The translations under genes were made by a program, and so were the position numbers. From Dehalococcoidia bacterium (GTDB lineage: Bacteria; Chloroflexota; Dehalococcoidia; Lucifugimonadales; UBA3495): a stretch of DNA of 59,446 bases. Below are positions 25,947 to 35,699 of this stretch, in pieces (the stretch's first letter is position 1; every line of letters begins with the position of its first letter). The notes beneath the pieces are model-generated. The model made no database searches. It was not told where the DNA came from and saw only the letters and a list, made by a program, of their open reading frames with translations. Where the stretch lies: assembly GCA_022825745.1 (NCBI GenBank), contig JAJDWF010000035.1, positions 1 to 59,446 of the forward strand, written 5' to 3'.

Positions 25947-27134
25947 GTGACGGCCTTAGAAATCAACATACCCGGCGACTACCTTCCGGGCTACGCAAAG
26001 GCGCGCGCCATCGATCCGGAGCTCGCGGACCGGTATGTCGCCCACACCATGATGGGAGACCCGTACGCCGATGCGGCCATAGCGGAACTACTACAACTCA
26101 GACCGCCGCAAATAGCTCGCTACATCCACGCCGGCATTGAACGGGATCTGGACGCCCTCGGAGACGCGCCCGCTCCGGTGCTCGAATTTTTTGAGTCGCT
26201 GGAACCGCCACCCGCCTGGGTTGACCAGGACGCCTTCGTTCCGGGCGTCCAGATGTTTCACCGCAACTCGTCCGAGATACTGGGCGCTTTCGTCGGCGGC
26301 ACTTTGGTGGAAGGATTTTCCACCAACATCGCCAAGTCGTTTTTCATCACCGGCAGACTGCGCGAAGCCGGCGTGCGCCGGCTGATGCAGAACAACCGCC
26401 ACATGTTGGAGCTGTTCATGCCCCACGGCATGGAAAGAAACGGCGACGGGTGGAGACTCTCGGTGCGGGTGCGTCTGGTTCACGCCCAAATCAGGCACCT
26501 GCTGGCCAATTCGGACGATTGGGATATTGCCGCCTGGGGCACGCCCCTGAGCGCGGCGCACCTGGGCTTTGCCGTCGCCGCTTTTTCGGCCCGGCTGGTG
26601 CGCCACATGCGACGCCTGGGCTGCCGGTTCAGCAACGAGGAAAAGGATAGCTTCATCGCCGTCTGGCGCTACTCCGGCTATCTGATGGGCATCCCCGAGA
26701 CTATCCTGTACCGCGGCGAAAAGGACGCCCTGGAACTCTTTGAGATCGGCCGGCTCATTGAGCCCGAACCGGATGTGGAGTCCGTGGTTATGGCAAACGC
26801 CCTCATCCAGTCTGCCCCCCTGGTTATCGGCATCACCGATTCCGGAGATCGCCGCAACCTGGTCGGGTATGTGTACAAGGTCTCGCGTGCCTTAATTGGC
26901 AATGATCTGGCCGATCAGTTAGGGTATCCCAACACCTCCACCCTGGGCGTGCTGCCCTGGTTCCGGCTACAGAAACAGTATCAGGAAACGCTGGGCCATC
27001 TGTTCAAAGTGCGGCGCCAAAGCCATCGGTTCGGCCAGTTCGCGGCGCTGCTGGAAGCCTCTACATACGACGATGCCGGCATCAGCTACCGGCTGCCCGA
27101 CCACCTCTACGCGGAAGAGTCCCGACCCTACTGA
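25947..27134 (+). CDS. Oxygenase MpaB/Lcp-like family protein (DUF2236)
   Basis: GDPYAD, PPAWVD, VRVRLVHAQIR (heme His), WGTPLS, WRYSGYLMGIP. Confidence 0.8.
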   Translation: MTALEINIPGDYLPGYAKARAIDPELADRYVAHTMMGDPYADAAIAELLQLRPPQIARYIHAGIERDLDALGDAPAPVLEFFESLEPPPAWVDQDAFVPGVQMFHRNSSEILGAFVGGTLVEGFSTNIAKSFFITGRLREAGVRRLMQNNRHMLELFMPHGMERNGDGWRLSVRVRLVHAQIRHLLANSDDWDIAAWGTPLSAAHLGFAVAAFSARLVRHMRRLGCRFSNEEKDSFIAVWRYSGYLMGIPETILYRGEKDALELFEIGRLIEPEPDVESVVMANALIQSAPLVIGITDSGDRRNLVGYVYKVSRALIGNDLADQLGYPNTSTLGVLPWFRLQKQYQETLGHLFKVRRQSHRFGQFAALLEASTYDDAGISYRLPDHLYAEESRPY

Positions 27135-27177
27135 AGTCGGCGGGTAACGGCCGGCCACGCCGGCGCCGCTAACGCCG

Positions 27178-27408
27178 TCAACACCCCGGCTGCCCCGGGT
27201 TGCCGCAGCACCCGCGCAGCGAGGTTATCTTCCGCCGCATGTTGGACGCGGCGATGGCCAGCACCTCGCGCCAGGGCCGGCCCGTCCCCCGGAGGTTGGC
27301 GAACACCGAGCCCAGGCTGTCGGGCCGGTTATGGTCGCGCCCGTTATGACCGTGCCCGTTATGCTCATGCCCATAACCGTGGGGTTCCTGCGGGTCGCGC
27401 TCGGCCAT
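27178..27408 (-). CDS. Small His-rich protein with C-terminal CCGNPGQPGC motif (76 aa)
   Basis: MAERDPQEPHGYGHEHNGHGHNGRDH...RGCCGNPGQPGC*, 20 nt downstream of the VUT gene, preceded by AGGGG. Confidence 0.6.
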   Translation of the reverse strand: MAERDPQEPHGYGHEHNGHGHNGRDHNRPDSLGSVFANLRGTGRPWREVLAIAASNMRRKITSLRGCCGNPGQPGC

Positions 27409-27428
27409 GCGCTGCCGGTTCCCCTGCT

Positions 27429-28184
27429 TCAGGCCCGGTTGACCGACGCCCCCGCCGGCGCCGCGCCGAACACGCCGAAGGGGTTGAGGGACCGGGGCGC
27501 GTCGTAAACGTCCATCCGCTCGGTGCGCTTCAGCCAGCCCACCACCAGGTAGGTCAGCGGGGTGGCGATGATTTCGTACAGCGACTTGGCGATCCAGGCG
27601 CACACCGCCGCGTTGAATACGGGCGCCCACGAACCGTCGGGGCCGACCCACAGCCCCGAAACGCCGAAAGCGATGGTGAAGAACAGTATCGAGTCTATCC
27701 CTTGCCCAACGACCGTTGAGGATATGGTGCGCAGCCACAGCAGCCGGCCCTGGGTGCGGTTCTTCAGCAGCACCATCACCACGGCGTTGGTGAACTCGCC
27801 AACGATGTAGGCCACGAACGAGCCCAGCATGATCCAGCCCGTCGCGCCCAGGATGGTTTCATACGACGCTTCGTCTTCCCAGAACACCGCGCCGGGAATC
27901 ATGTCTCCCACCCAGAACAGGAACACCATCAGCAGGTTGCACAGGAACCCCAGCCAGATGACCCCGCGCGCTACCCGGAACCCGTACACCTCGGTCAGGA
28001 TGTCGCTGATGATGTAGCCCACCGGGAAGCACACGATGGCCGCCGACACCACGAACAGGTTGCTGCCGATGAAGGTGAAGGGCAGCGTAAACAGCGTCAC
28101 CGGCTTGATGGCGATGATGTTGCTGACCAGCAAAACCGTAACCGCCAGCGCGGCGATGATGACCAGCTTCCCGGAGAATTGCAT
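27429..28184 (-). CDS. yhhQ: Queuosine precursor transporter (YhhQ/VUT family)
   Basis: SNIIAIK, DILTEVYG, LWLRTISSTVVGQGIDS, ATPLTY. Confidence 0.88.
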   Translation of the reverse strand: MQFSGKLVIIAALAVTVLLVSNIIAIKPVTLFTLPFTFIGSNLFVVSAAIVCFPVGYIISDILTEVYGFRVARGVIWLGFLCNLLMVFLFWVGDMIPGAVFWEDEASYETILGATGWIMLGSFVAYIVGEFTNAVVMVLLKNRTQGRLLWLRTISSTVVGQGIDSILFFTIAFGVSGLWVGPDGSWAPVFNAAVCAWIAKSLYEIIATPLTYLVVGWLKRTERMDVYDAPRSLNPFGVFGAAPAGASVNRA

Positions 28185-28196
28185 TTCGTTTTACCT

Positions 28197-29537
28197 TTAC
28201 AGCAACGGCAGGTAGCGGGCAATTTCGTAATCGGTCACGGCGGAACTGTAGTCTTCCCATTCCTTCTTCTTGTTGCGAATCAGCGTTTCATGTACGAAGT
28301 CGCCCAGGGTTTCACGCAAAAGGGCGCTTTCCTCCGAAAGGGCAATGGCCTCGCCCAGGTTCGTGGGCAGGCGGGAAATGCCCCGAGCCGTCCGCTCCTC
28401 CGCCGGCATCCGCGACACGTCGGACGTCACCGGCGACGGCAGCGGATATTCTTCCTCGATTCCCTTCAACCCGGCCGCCAGCAGCACGCTGAACGCCAGG
28501 TAGGGGTTGCACGCCGGGTCCGGCGCCCGGTACTCCACCCGCAGCGACGTTTCGTAGCCGGTCTTGTAGGACGGCACGCGGATCAGGTCCAGCCGATTCG
28601 ACATGGTCCACGAGACGTGCACGGGCGCCTCGTAGCCCGGCACCAGCCGCTTGTAGGAATTTACCCACTGGTTGGTCACCAGCGTTATTTCCGGCGAGTG
28701 CCGCAGCAGGCCGGCGATGAAACGCTTGCCCGTTACCGACAGGTGCAGGTCGTCGTCCGTGTCGTAAAAGGCGTTGGCGTTGCCCCGAAACAGCGACTGG
28801 TGGGTGTGCATTCCGCTGCCGTTCTTGGTGCGGAAGGGTTTGGGCATGAACGAGGCATACACGCCCTGCTGCTGGGCCAGTTCCTTGATGACCATGCGGG
28901 CCGTCATCACGTTGTCGGCCATGGTCAGCGCGTCGGTGTATTGAAGGTCGATTTCGTGCTGGCTGTGCGCGCCCTCGTGGTGCGAATACTTGACGGGAAT
29001 CCCCATCTCTGCCAGGTTCAGCACCGTATCCCGGCGCAGGTCGGAGGCGGGGTTGCTGGAAAGCTGGTCGTAGTAGCCGTAGGTATCCAGCGGTTCCAGC
29101 GATTCGGCGTCTTTCAGGTAGAAGTATTCCAGTTCCGGCCCCACGTAGTAGATGTAGCCCAGACTGGCCAACCGCTCCAGGTTGCGCTTGAGCACCTGGC
29201 GCGGGTCGCCGATGAACGGCTCGCCCCGGGGCGTCCGAATATCGCAAAAGATGCGGGCCACGGCGTTCTGACGCGGTCGCCAGGGCAGCAGCGAGAAGGT
29301 GGTGGGGTCCGGGAAAGCGCGCAGGTCGCTCTCCTCGTCGGTGGTGAAACCGTCGATGGCGGCCCCGTCAAAACCGACGCCCAGCTCCAGCGCGTCCTCC
29401 AGGTCGTCCACGGTGATGGCAAACCCTTTAAGGTTCCCCAGGATGTCGGTGAACCAGAGGCGCACGAATTTCACGTCAAAGTCGCGGGCGCTGCGCAGCA
29501 CATACTCGCGCTCGGCGGCATGGTGGTCGGTTAACAT
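28197..29537 (-). CDS. glnA: Glutamine synthetase type I
   Basis: FTDILG.LKG, GPELEY, HHEGAHSQHEI, FMPKP, NGSGMHTHQS, NSYKRLVPGYEAP, EYRAPD. Confidence 0.95.
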   Translation of the reverse strand: MLTDHHAAEREYVLRSARDFDVKFVRLWFTDILGNLKGFAITVDDLEDALELGVGFDGAAIDGFTTDEESDLRAFPDPTTFSLLPWRPRQNAVARIFCDIRTPRGEPFIGDPRQVLKRNLERLASLGYIYYVGPELEYFYLKDAESLEPLDTYGYYDQLSSNPASDLRRDTVLNLAEMGIPVKYSHHEGAHSQHEIDLQYTDALTMADNVMTARMVIKELAQQQGVYASFMPKPFRTKNGSGMHTHQSLFRGNANAFYDTDDDLHLSVTGKRFIAGLLRHSPEITLVTNQWVNSYKRLVPGYEAPVHVSWTMSNRLDLIRVPSYKTGYETSLRVEYRAPDPACNPYLAFSVLLAAGLKGIEEEYPLPSPVTSDVSRMPAEERTARGISRLPTNLGEAIALSEESALLRETLGDFVHETLIRNKKKEWEDYSSAVTDYEIARYLPLL

Positions 29538-29604
29538 CAAAAAATCTCCTGCTTCTACTGAACCCGTCGGTAACTATTCAAAGATACTTAAACAAACTAC
29601 CAAC

Positions 29605-29865
29605 CTACCTGAACCGTTCCGGAACATCGCCGCCCAGAGCCATCAGGAACTCTTCGTCACTGACCCCGGACCTGCGCACCATCCGCGTTACCGTACCTTG
29701 GGGCATCGGCCCTCTGTGTCGGTGGATATTTACGAACAAGCCCAATCTCTCGTGCCGCAATTTGTTATGAGAGCCTCTTCCACTGCCTTCTGGCCGGAAG
29801 CCAAGTCGCAGGAAAGCGGACAACACTTCCGCCGTGCTCAAGTTGCGAAAATACGGCGGCATCAA
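29605..29865 (-). CDS. hicA: HicA family mRNA interferase toxin
   Basis: LGF...GSH...GTVTRMVRRSGVS; overlaps the hicB stop. Confidence 0.8.
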   Translation of the reverse strand: MMPPYFRNLSTAEVLSAFLRLGFRPEGSGRGSHNKLRHERLGLFVNIHRHRGPMPQGTVTRMVRRSGVSDEEFLMALGGDVPERFR

Positions 29866-30218
29866 ACAATTGGGGACTCAACAGGCTCAAGATGACGATC
29901 GTACCTGAGCATTTCCTCCTCGGTCATAAACCGTGGCTCAACCCAATGCACTCCGGTAATTCCGCCTTCTTCATGGCACTCGGCGAGGGTTGTTTCTTTC
30001 TCTGCCCGCGCCTGCTCGCCTTCCAAAACCGCAACTTCCCACCCAGGTTCGTCTTCCAGATACGATGCCATGGCGTCGGCAATCATCAGCAGCGCCTCTT
30101 CTATGGTCTGGCCGTCGGAGACGCAGCCTTGCATAGCCGGGCAAACCGCCGTCCACCACAGGTTGTCGGGGGGATCAAGATCGGGATATTTGACCAACAC
30201 CACTTCGTACTGTGCCAT
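29862..30218 (-). CDS. hicB: HicB family antitoxin
   Basis: AVCPAMQGCVSDGQTIEEALLMIADA; GGAGG RBS. Confidence 0.85.
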   Translation of the reverse strand: MAQYEVVLVKYPDLDPPDNLWWTAVCPAMQGCVSDGQTIEEALLMIADAMASYLEDEPGWEVAVLEGEQARAEKETTLAECHEEGGITGVHWVEPRFMTEEEMLRYDRHLEPVESPIV

Positions 30219-30270
30219 GGTAGTTGACCTCCGGGGTGGTCGTGCCAGCGGTCCAAGGGCCTATGTCGCG

Positions 30271-30300
30271 CGTAAGGGCGAATGATTATTCGCCCTTACG
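30271..30300. repeat. GTAG-type REP-like hairpin after the amt gene
   Basis: CGTAAGGGCGAAT-GATT-ATTCGCCCTTACG perfect 13-bp stem. Confidence 0.75.
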
Positions 30301-30345
30301 CACTCATTCGTTACCGGCAATTGTACCACCGGGCCATCGGTTCCA

Positions 30346-31566
30346 TTACTGGCCCATACCCTCGCCGTGCTGGGCGAGGTCGATGCCCACTTCCTCCTCG
30401 GTGTCGTTGACGCGCAGCCCGATGGTGAATTTCAGCGCCAGCAGGATGATGCTGGACACCACGAAGGACCAGCCGAACGCCGCGCCGATGCCGATCAACT
30501 GGTACAGCACCTGCTCGATCCGGGAAACGTCGGCGTCCAGCGCGCCGAAGCCGATGCCCACGAACAGGCCCGTCGCCAGCGCGCCCCACATCCCGCCGAT
30601 GCCGTGGATGCCGAACACGTCCAGCGAGTCGTCGATGCGGAGCTTGTGAATCAGCTCAACGGCGAAGAAGCAGGCCGCGCCCGCGCCGGCTCCGATGATG
30701 ATGGCCGGCATCACACCCACGAATCCCGCCGCCGGGGTGATCGCCACCAACCCCGCAACGGCTCCGGCCGCCGCGCCGCTGGCCGACGGGCGATGCGAGA
30801 AGAACCACGACACGAACGACCAGGACGACATGGCAGTGGCCGCCGCCACGTTGGTGACCACGAAGGCGTTGGCGGCGTCATAGGTGGACAGGTTGAAACT
30901 GCTGCCGGCGTTGAATCCGAACCAGCCGAACCACAGCAGCCCGGCGCCCAGCAGCACCAGCGGCACGTTGTGCGGCGCGATCGGGATCGTACCGAACCCG
31001 GCGCGACGCCCCACGATGAACGCCGCCGCCAATGCCGCCGTGCCCGACGCGATGTGGACCACCGTGCCGCCGGCGAAGTCCAGCGCAAAACCGGCCTCGC
31101 TCATGCCCAGCACGCTGCCCAGGTTACCCAGCCAGCCGCCGCCCCACACCCAGTGGCACAGCGGGGCGTACACGATGGTTACCCACAGGGCCGCGAAGAT
31201 GATGTAGGACGAGAACTTGAACCGTTCGGCGAACCCGCCGGCAATCAGCGCCACGGTGATGATGGCAAACATGCCCTGGAACACCATGAACGCTTGCTCA
31301 TCGGGCAACACGTCGATCATGCCGAACTTGGTCAGGTCGCCGACAAAGCCCAACCCTCCCACGCTGTTGCCGAAAGCCAGGCTGTAGCCCCACAGCACCC
31401 AAACGATGCTCACCACACCGATGGCCGCGACCGAGTGCATCATCGTTCCGATGACGTTCTTGTGCCGTACCAGGCCTCCGTAGAAGAGCGCCAGCCCCGG
31501 TACCATGATGAACACCAGCGCCGACGATATCAGGAAGGTCAGTACTTCCAGCTCCGTGAACTCCAT
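30346..31566 (-). CDS. amtB: Ammonium transporter (AmtB-type)
   Basis: PGLALFYGG, FQGMFAIIT, DFAGGTVVH, WFGWFGFNAGS, DDSLDVFGIHG. Confidence 0.95.
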   Translation of the reverse strand: MEFTELEVLTFLISSALVFIMVPGLALFYGGLVRHKNVIGTMMHSVAAIGVVSIVWVLWGYSLAFGNSVGGLGFVGDLTKFGMIDVLPDEQAFMVFQGMFAIITVALIAGGFAERFKFSSYIIFAALWVTIVYAPLCHWVWGGGWLGNLGSVLGMSEAGFALDFAGGTVVHIASGTAALAAAFIVGRRAGFGTIPIAPHNVPLVLLGAGLLWFGWFGFNAGSSFNLSTYDAANAFVVTNVAAATAMSSWSFVSWFFSHRPSASGAAAGAVAGLVAITPAAGFVGVMPAIIIGAGAGAACFFAVELIHKLRIDDSLDVFGIHGIGGMWGALATGLFVGIGFGALDADVSRIEQVLYQLIGIGAAFGWSFVVSSIILLALKFTIGLRVNDTEEEVGIDLAQHGEGMGQ

Positions 31567-31714
31567 CTGCTAGCTCCTCACTCTGGTTGATTGCCAATGC
31601 GCCTTTCCTGCCTCACCGCCGCGGATCCGCCTGGAGGCGAATGGCCGTGCCGTCGGCGACGTTTTTGACCTTCACAGGGCAGGCGCAAGGTATCAAAGGA
31701 TGGTAGATTTCCGG

Positions 31715-31753
31715 TGTTACGTACGAATGACGGAAATGTTACAAAGTTGTTAC
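31715..31753 (-). promoter_or_regulatory. GlnR-like (OmpR-type) phased operator
   Basis: TGTTAC/AATGAC/TGTTAC/TGTTAC at 31715, 31726, 31737 and 31748 (exact 11-bp period) upstream of amt. Confidence 0.55.
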
Positions 31754-31764
31754 GCGGCTGTCCG

Positions 31765-31807
31765 AAAGAAACGGGAGCCGAGGGTGGCCACTACCCTCGA
31801 CCCCCGT
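31765..31807 (-). terminator. Rho-independent terminator after the second amt
   Basis: ACGGGGGTCGAGGGT..ACCCTCGGCTCCCGT-TTCTTT on the minus strand. Confidence 0.65.
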
Positions 31808-31838
31808 AGTGAGGAGAGGAAAAATTCCGTCTGCGGGT

Positions 31839-33119
31839 TTAGCTGGTGGCAGCCGATTCGGGGTACGTCTGGATGCCGTGCTCGGATACGTCCAGACCTT
31901 CGATCTCTTCGGCCTCGCTGACCCGGACGCCCATGGTGAACTTCAGCAGGAAGAACAGGGCGAAGCCGGTTACCAGGGACCAGACCACCACCGCCACGAT
32001 GCTGACGATCTGCGGAACGATGAGCGACGCGCTGCCGCCCACCAGGCCGCCGTCATTGGCGAAGATGGCAATGGCCAGCAGGCCCCACAGTCCGGTTACG
32101 CCGTGCACGCTGATCGCGCCCACCGGGTCGTCGATCTTCAGCACCCGCTCCATGAACATCACGGAGCCGTACATGATGGGCGCGGCGATGGCGCCGATGA
32201 CCACGGCGGCCCACGGGTCCACGAAGTTCACCGGCGCGGTGATGCCCACCAGACCGGCCAGCGCGCCGTTGCACGCCATCAGGATGTCGGCCTTGCCCTT
32301 GACGATGAGGGTGATGTACAGGGCTACCACCGCTCCGGTCGCGCCGGACAGCAGCGTGTTGACCGCGTTCAGGCCGATGTCGTCGCCCCAGCCGATGTTG
32401 AAGCCAAACCAGCCGAAGAACAGGATGAACGTGCCCGCCACCACGAAAGGCGTGCTGTGGGCCGGCAGTTCCTGCGCCACGCCGTTGACGAACTTGCCCA
32501 TGCGGGGGCCGACCACCGCGGCGCCGGCCAGGGCCACGAATCCGCCAACCGCGTGCACCACGCCGGAACCGGCATAGTCCAGCGCGCCCAATTCGGCCAG
32601 CCAGCCGCCGCCCCAGACCCAGTGTCCGTAGATGGGGTAAATGAGGGCGGAGACGATGAAGCTGTAGGCCAGGTAGGTCTGCAACTTGGTGCGCTCGGCC
32701 ATGGCGCCGGCCACGATGGTGGCGGCGGTGGCGGCGAAGACCATCTGGAAGATCCAGCCCACGTAGTCGCCGCTGGTCAGGAACCACCCGGTCAGGCCGA
32801 TGAACCCGCCGGCGGTGTCGCCCAGCATGAACGCGAACCCGAAGGCCCAGAAGCCCAGGGACGCGATGGCAAAGTCCATGAAGGACTTGGTCAGGTAGTT
32901 GGTGGTGTTCTTGGAACGAATCAGGCCCGCGCCGAGGAACGCGAAACCGGCCTGCATGAAGAAGACCAACGCCGCCGCAACCACGGTGACGATGTTGTCC
33001 GAGTAGCCGTTGAGCCACTCGGTGGTGGGGCCGTCATCCTGGGCGAAAGCGATGTTGAAGGACGCCAGCAGTCCGATTGCCAGCAGCCCTACGGCCAACG
33101 CCAGCAGCGTCCGCCGCAA
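31839..33119 (-). CDS. amt: Ammonium transporter (second Amt subfamily), probable TTG start with signal peptide
   Basis: FMQAGFA, FQMVFAATAATI, DYAGSGVVH, FGWFGFN, DDPVGAISVHG; AAGGAG upstream of TTG 33119. Confidence 0.92.
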   Translation of the reverse strand: MRRTLLALAVGLLAIGLLASFNIAFAQDDGPTTEWLNGYSDNIVTVVAAALVFFMQAGFAFLGAGLIRSKNTTNYLTKSFMDFAIASLGFWAFGFAFMLGDTAGGFIGLTGWFLTSGDYVGWIFQMVFAATAATIVAGAMAERTKLQTYLAYSFIVSALIYPIYGHWVWGGGWLAELGALDYAGSGVVHAVGGFVALAGAAVVGPRMGKFVNGVAQELPAHSTPFVVAGTFILFFGWFGFNIGWGDDIGLNAVNTLLSGATGAVVALYITLIVKGKADILMACNGALAGLVGITAPVNFVDPWAAVVIGAIAAPIMYGSVMFMERVLKIDDPVGAISVHGVTGLWGLLAIAIFANDGGLVGGSASLIVPQIVSIVAVVVWSLVTGFALFFLLKFTMGVRVSEAEEIEGLDVSEHGIQTYPESAATS

Positions 33120-33332
33120 CGAGAACGGGTACTCCTTTACCGCGGCGACGCCGTGGTTGAGCACCTCATGACTGAATAGCGATTTGGTCGCCGAAAGCAT
33201 TTGTGATCTGTGCCTCCTGATGGATTTTGAGGCGTCGTCGCGTCCGCCGATGGCGGACTGTGGGCGGCGTCCCGATTTGAATGTGACCACCAAAATCGTA
33301 GATTCAGTGTGTTAACCGACGATTGCGCCGTG

Positions 33333-33370
33333 ATTAACAAACTGTTGCTTATGCGTTACTTTTTTGTTTC
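33333..33370 (-). promoter_or_regulatory. GlnR-like phased operator upstream of the second amt
   Basis: Minus strand reads GAAAC-n6-GTAAC-n6-GCAAC-n6-TTAAT. Confidence 0.5.
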
Positions 33371-33437
33371 GTTGGGCCGACGTGTATAATGCGCCGCATC
33401 TGTCTGCTTGAATAATCCCCCCTGATGAGGTGCAATC

Positions 33438-34286
33438 ATGGCCGAATACGCGCATCCCGAATCCCTGGTATCCACGCAGTGGGTCGCCGACCACGGCGGC
33501 GACGCCAACGTCCGGCTGGTCGAAGTTGACGTCGATACGTCCGCCTACGAGCAGGGGCACATCGCCGGCGCCGTCAGCTTCAACTGGCAGTCGCAGTTGC
33601 AGGACAACGTGGTCCGGGACATCGTGTCCCGCAGCGAGATGGAGGCCCTGCTGAGCGGCGCCGGCATCTCGCCCGACACCACCGTCATCCTGTACGGCGA
33701 CAACAACAACTGGTTCGCGGCCTGGGCCTTCTGGCAGCTGCGCTACTATGGCCACGCCGACGTGCGCCTGATGAACGGCGGCCGCGCCCTGTGGCTGGCG
33801 GAGGACCGGCCCGTCACCACCGACGTGCCCGGCCATGCCGCCACCGCCTACAGCATCACCGCCGAGAACGCCGACCTGCGCGCCCTGCGCGACTACGTGC
33901 TGCAGGCGGTGAACAGCGGCAGCCACGCCCTGGTGGACGTGCGCTCGCCCGACGAGTTCTCCGGGGCGCTGAACGCGCCGCCCAACGTGCCGCAGGAGGG
34001 TTCCCAGCGCAACGGGCACATCCCCGGCGCGGCCAACATCCCGTGGGGGCAGGCGGTCAACGAGGACGGCACCTTCAAGTCGGCCGACGAGCTGAGCGCG
34101 CTGTACGGAGGCAAGGGGGTGGACGGCTCCCGGGAGACCATCGCCTACTGCCGCATCGGGGAGCGCTCATCGCATACGTGGTTCGTGCTGAGCCAACTGC
34201 TGGGGTACGACAACGTGCGCAACTACGACGGCTCGTGGACCGAGTGGGGCAGCATCGTGGGCGCGCCGATTGAGCGGGACGTGTAG
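33438..34286 (+). CDS. Two-domain sulfurtransferase (rhodanese; thiosulfate/3-mercaptopyruvate)
   Basis: GHIAGA, GHIPGA, active-site [18 protein letters not shown]. Confidence 0.93.
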   Translation: MAEYAHPESLVSTQWVADHGGDANVRLVEVDVDTSAYEQGHIAGAVSFNWQSQLQDNVVRDIVSRSEMEALLSGAGISPDTTVILYGDNNNWFAAWAFWQLRYYGHADVRLMNGGRALWLAEDRPVTTDVPGHAATAYSITAENADLRALRDYVLQAVNSGSHALVDVRSPDEFSGALNAPPNVPQEGSQRNGHIPGAANIPWGQAVNEDGTFKSADELSALYGGKGVDGSRETIAYCRIGERSSHTWFVLSQLLGYDNVRNYDGSWTEWGSIVGAPIERDV

Positions 34287-34292
34287 CTTATT

Positions 34293-35699
34293 TCACCCAC
34301 GGCGGGTGAGGAACATGGGCATGCCGCCTTTGGGGCGGAGCGACACCAGCGGCTCCAGCTCGATGCTGTGCGCCGGGTCGTGGCGCATGGCCCAGCGTTG
34401 TCCCAGGGCGGCCAGCACCAGCATGGCTTCCATCCACGCGAAACCTTCGCCGATGCAGAGGCGGGGGCCGCCGCCGAAGGGATAATAGGCGAACCGGGGT
34501 AGCTCCTGGCGGAACTCGGGCGTCCAGCGGTCAGGGCGGAAGTCCAGCGGGTCGTCAAACCAGCGGGGGTCGCGCTGGATGTTGAGTTGCGGGGCGGTGA
34601 GGGCCGCCCCGGCGGGAATGTCGTAGCCGCCCAGCGTGATGGGTTCAAAGGTCATGCGCCCGGTGGACCAGATGGGCGGGTACAGCCGCATGGACTCGGT
34701 GAGGATGCGTTCGGTGAAGGCCAATTTGGGCAGGTCGTCGGGCGTGGGCGTGCGACCGCCCAGGGTTTCGTCCAGCTCGGCATGGAACCGGGACTGTATT
34801 TCCGGGTGAGTGGCCAGCAGATACCAGGTCCAGACCAGGGCCACGGCGGTGGTCTCGTGTCCGGCGGCGAACAGGGTGATGGCCTCGTCGCGCACCTGGA
34901 TGTCGGTCATCACGGCGTCGTCCGGGTTCTCGGCCTCTTCATCCCGCACGTTGAGCAGTAGGGACAGCAGGTCGTCGGTCTCCAGGCCGGTGCGCCGGCG
35001 CTCTTCGATGAGGCCATAGACCGTTTGGTCCAGGTAGGACAGCCCGTGCCGGAACCGGAGGGTGAAAGGCAGGGGCATGCGGTGGAACAGCCGGCGGAGG
35101 GCGGGAGGCTGGTTGTCGCGAGCCTTGATGTAGTTATTGCTGAGCTCGAAGGCGGCCCCGATGCGGCGCACCGTGTCCGGCAGTTCCAGGTCGAACAGGG
35201 TCTTGACCACGATGCGCAGGGTGAGGTCGCTCATCTCCCGGGCCAGGTCGATTCGCATCCCGTCCTGCCAATTCTGCTCGTGCTGGCGGGTGAAGTCGGT
35301 CATCGTCTGGGCGTAGCCGGCGATGCGCCGGTGGTGGAACTGGGGCTGCATGAGGCGACGCTGGCGCAGGTGCAGCGGGCCGTCGGCGGTGACCAGCCCG
35401 AAACCCATCAGGTATTGCAGGGTCGCGGTGATCCGGCCCCGTCCCACTTTCTGATGGTTGGTGACGAAGAGTTCCTGAACGAGGTCGGGGTGGTTGACCA
35501 GGTACACCAGGGCCGGCTTGACCGACAGCGTGACGAGGTCCCCGTAAGCGGCGGCGCCCTGGATGAAGTCCAGCAGGTTGAACACGTACTTGAACGACTG
35601 CCCCACCAGCGGCCACTCGGGAGGGCCGGGAGGCAGTCCAGCGCGGTCAACGACGGGCTTGGGCGGGTAGTCCACTACGCGGGTAGTCGTGGTAGTCAT
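34293..35699 (-). CDS. Cytochrome P450
   Basis: AGHETT (I helix), ESMR (ExxR), PDRW, FGGGPRLCIG heme motif. Confidence 0.95.
   Translation of the reverse strand: MTTTTTRVVDYPPKPVVDRAGLPPGPPEWPLVGQSFKYVFNLLDFIQGAAAYGDLVTLSVKPALVYLVNHPDLVQELFVTNHQKVGRGRITATLQYLMGFGLVTADGPLHLRQRRLMQPQFHHRRIAGYAQTMTDFTRQHEQNWQDGMRIDLAREMSDLTLRIVVKTLFDLELPDTVRRIGAAFELSNNYIKARDNQPPALRRLFHRMPLPFTLRFRHGLSYLDQTVYGLIEERRRTGLETDDLLSLLLNVRDEEAENPDDAVMTDIQVRDEAITLFAAGHETTAVALVWTWYLLATHPEIQSRFHAELDETLGGRTPTPDDLPKLAFTERILTESMRLYPPIWSTGRMTFEPITLGGYDIPAGAALTAPQLNIQRDPRWFDDPLDFRPDRWTPEFRQELPRFAYYPFGGGPRLCIGEGFAWMEAMLVLAALGQRWAMRHDPAHSIELEPLVSLRPKGGMPMFLTRRG

Noticed and set aside
28185-28196. preQ1 riboswitch before yhhQ
   Set aside because: Only 12 nt separate glnA and yhhQ; there is no room and no motif.
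33120-33293. Extended N-terminus of the second amt in the ORF track
   Set aside because: An SD followed by TTG at 33119 gives a normal signal peptide; the upstream part looks like UTR/promoter.
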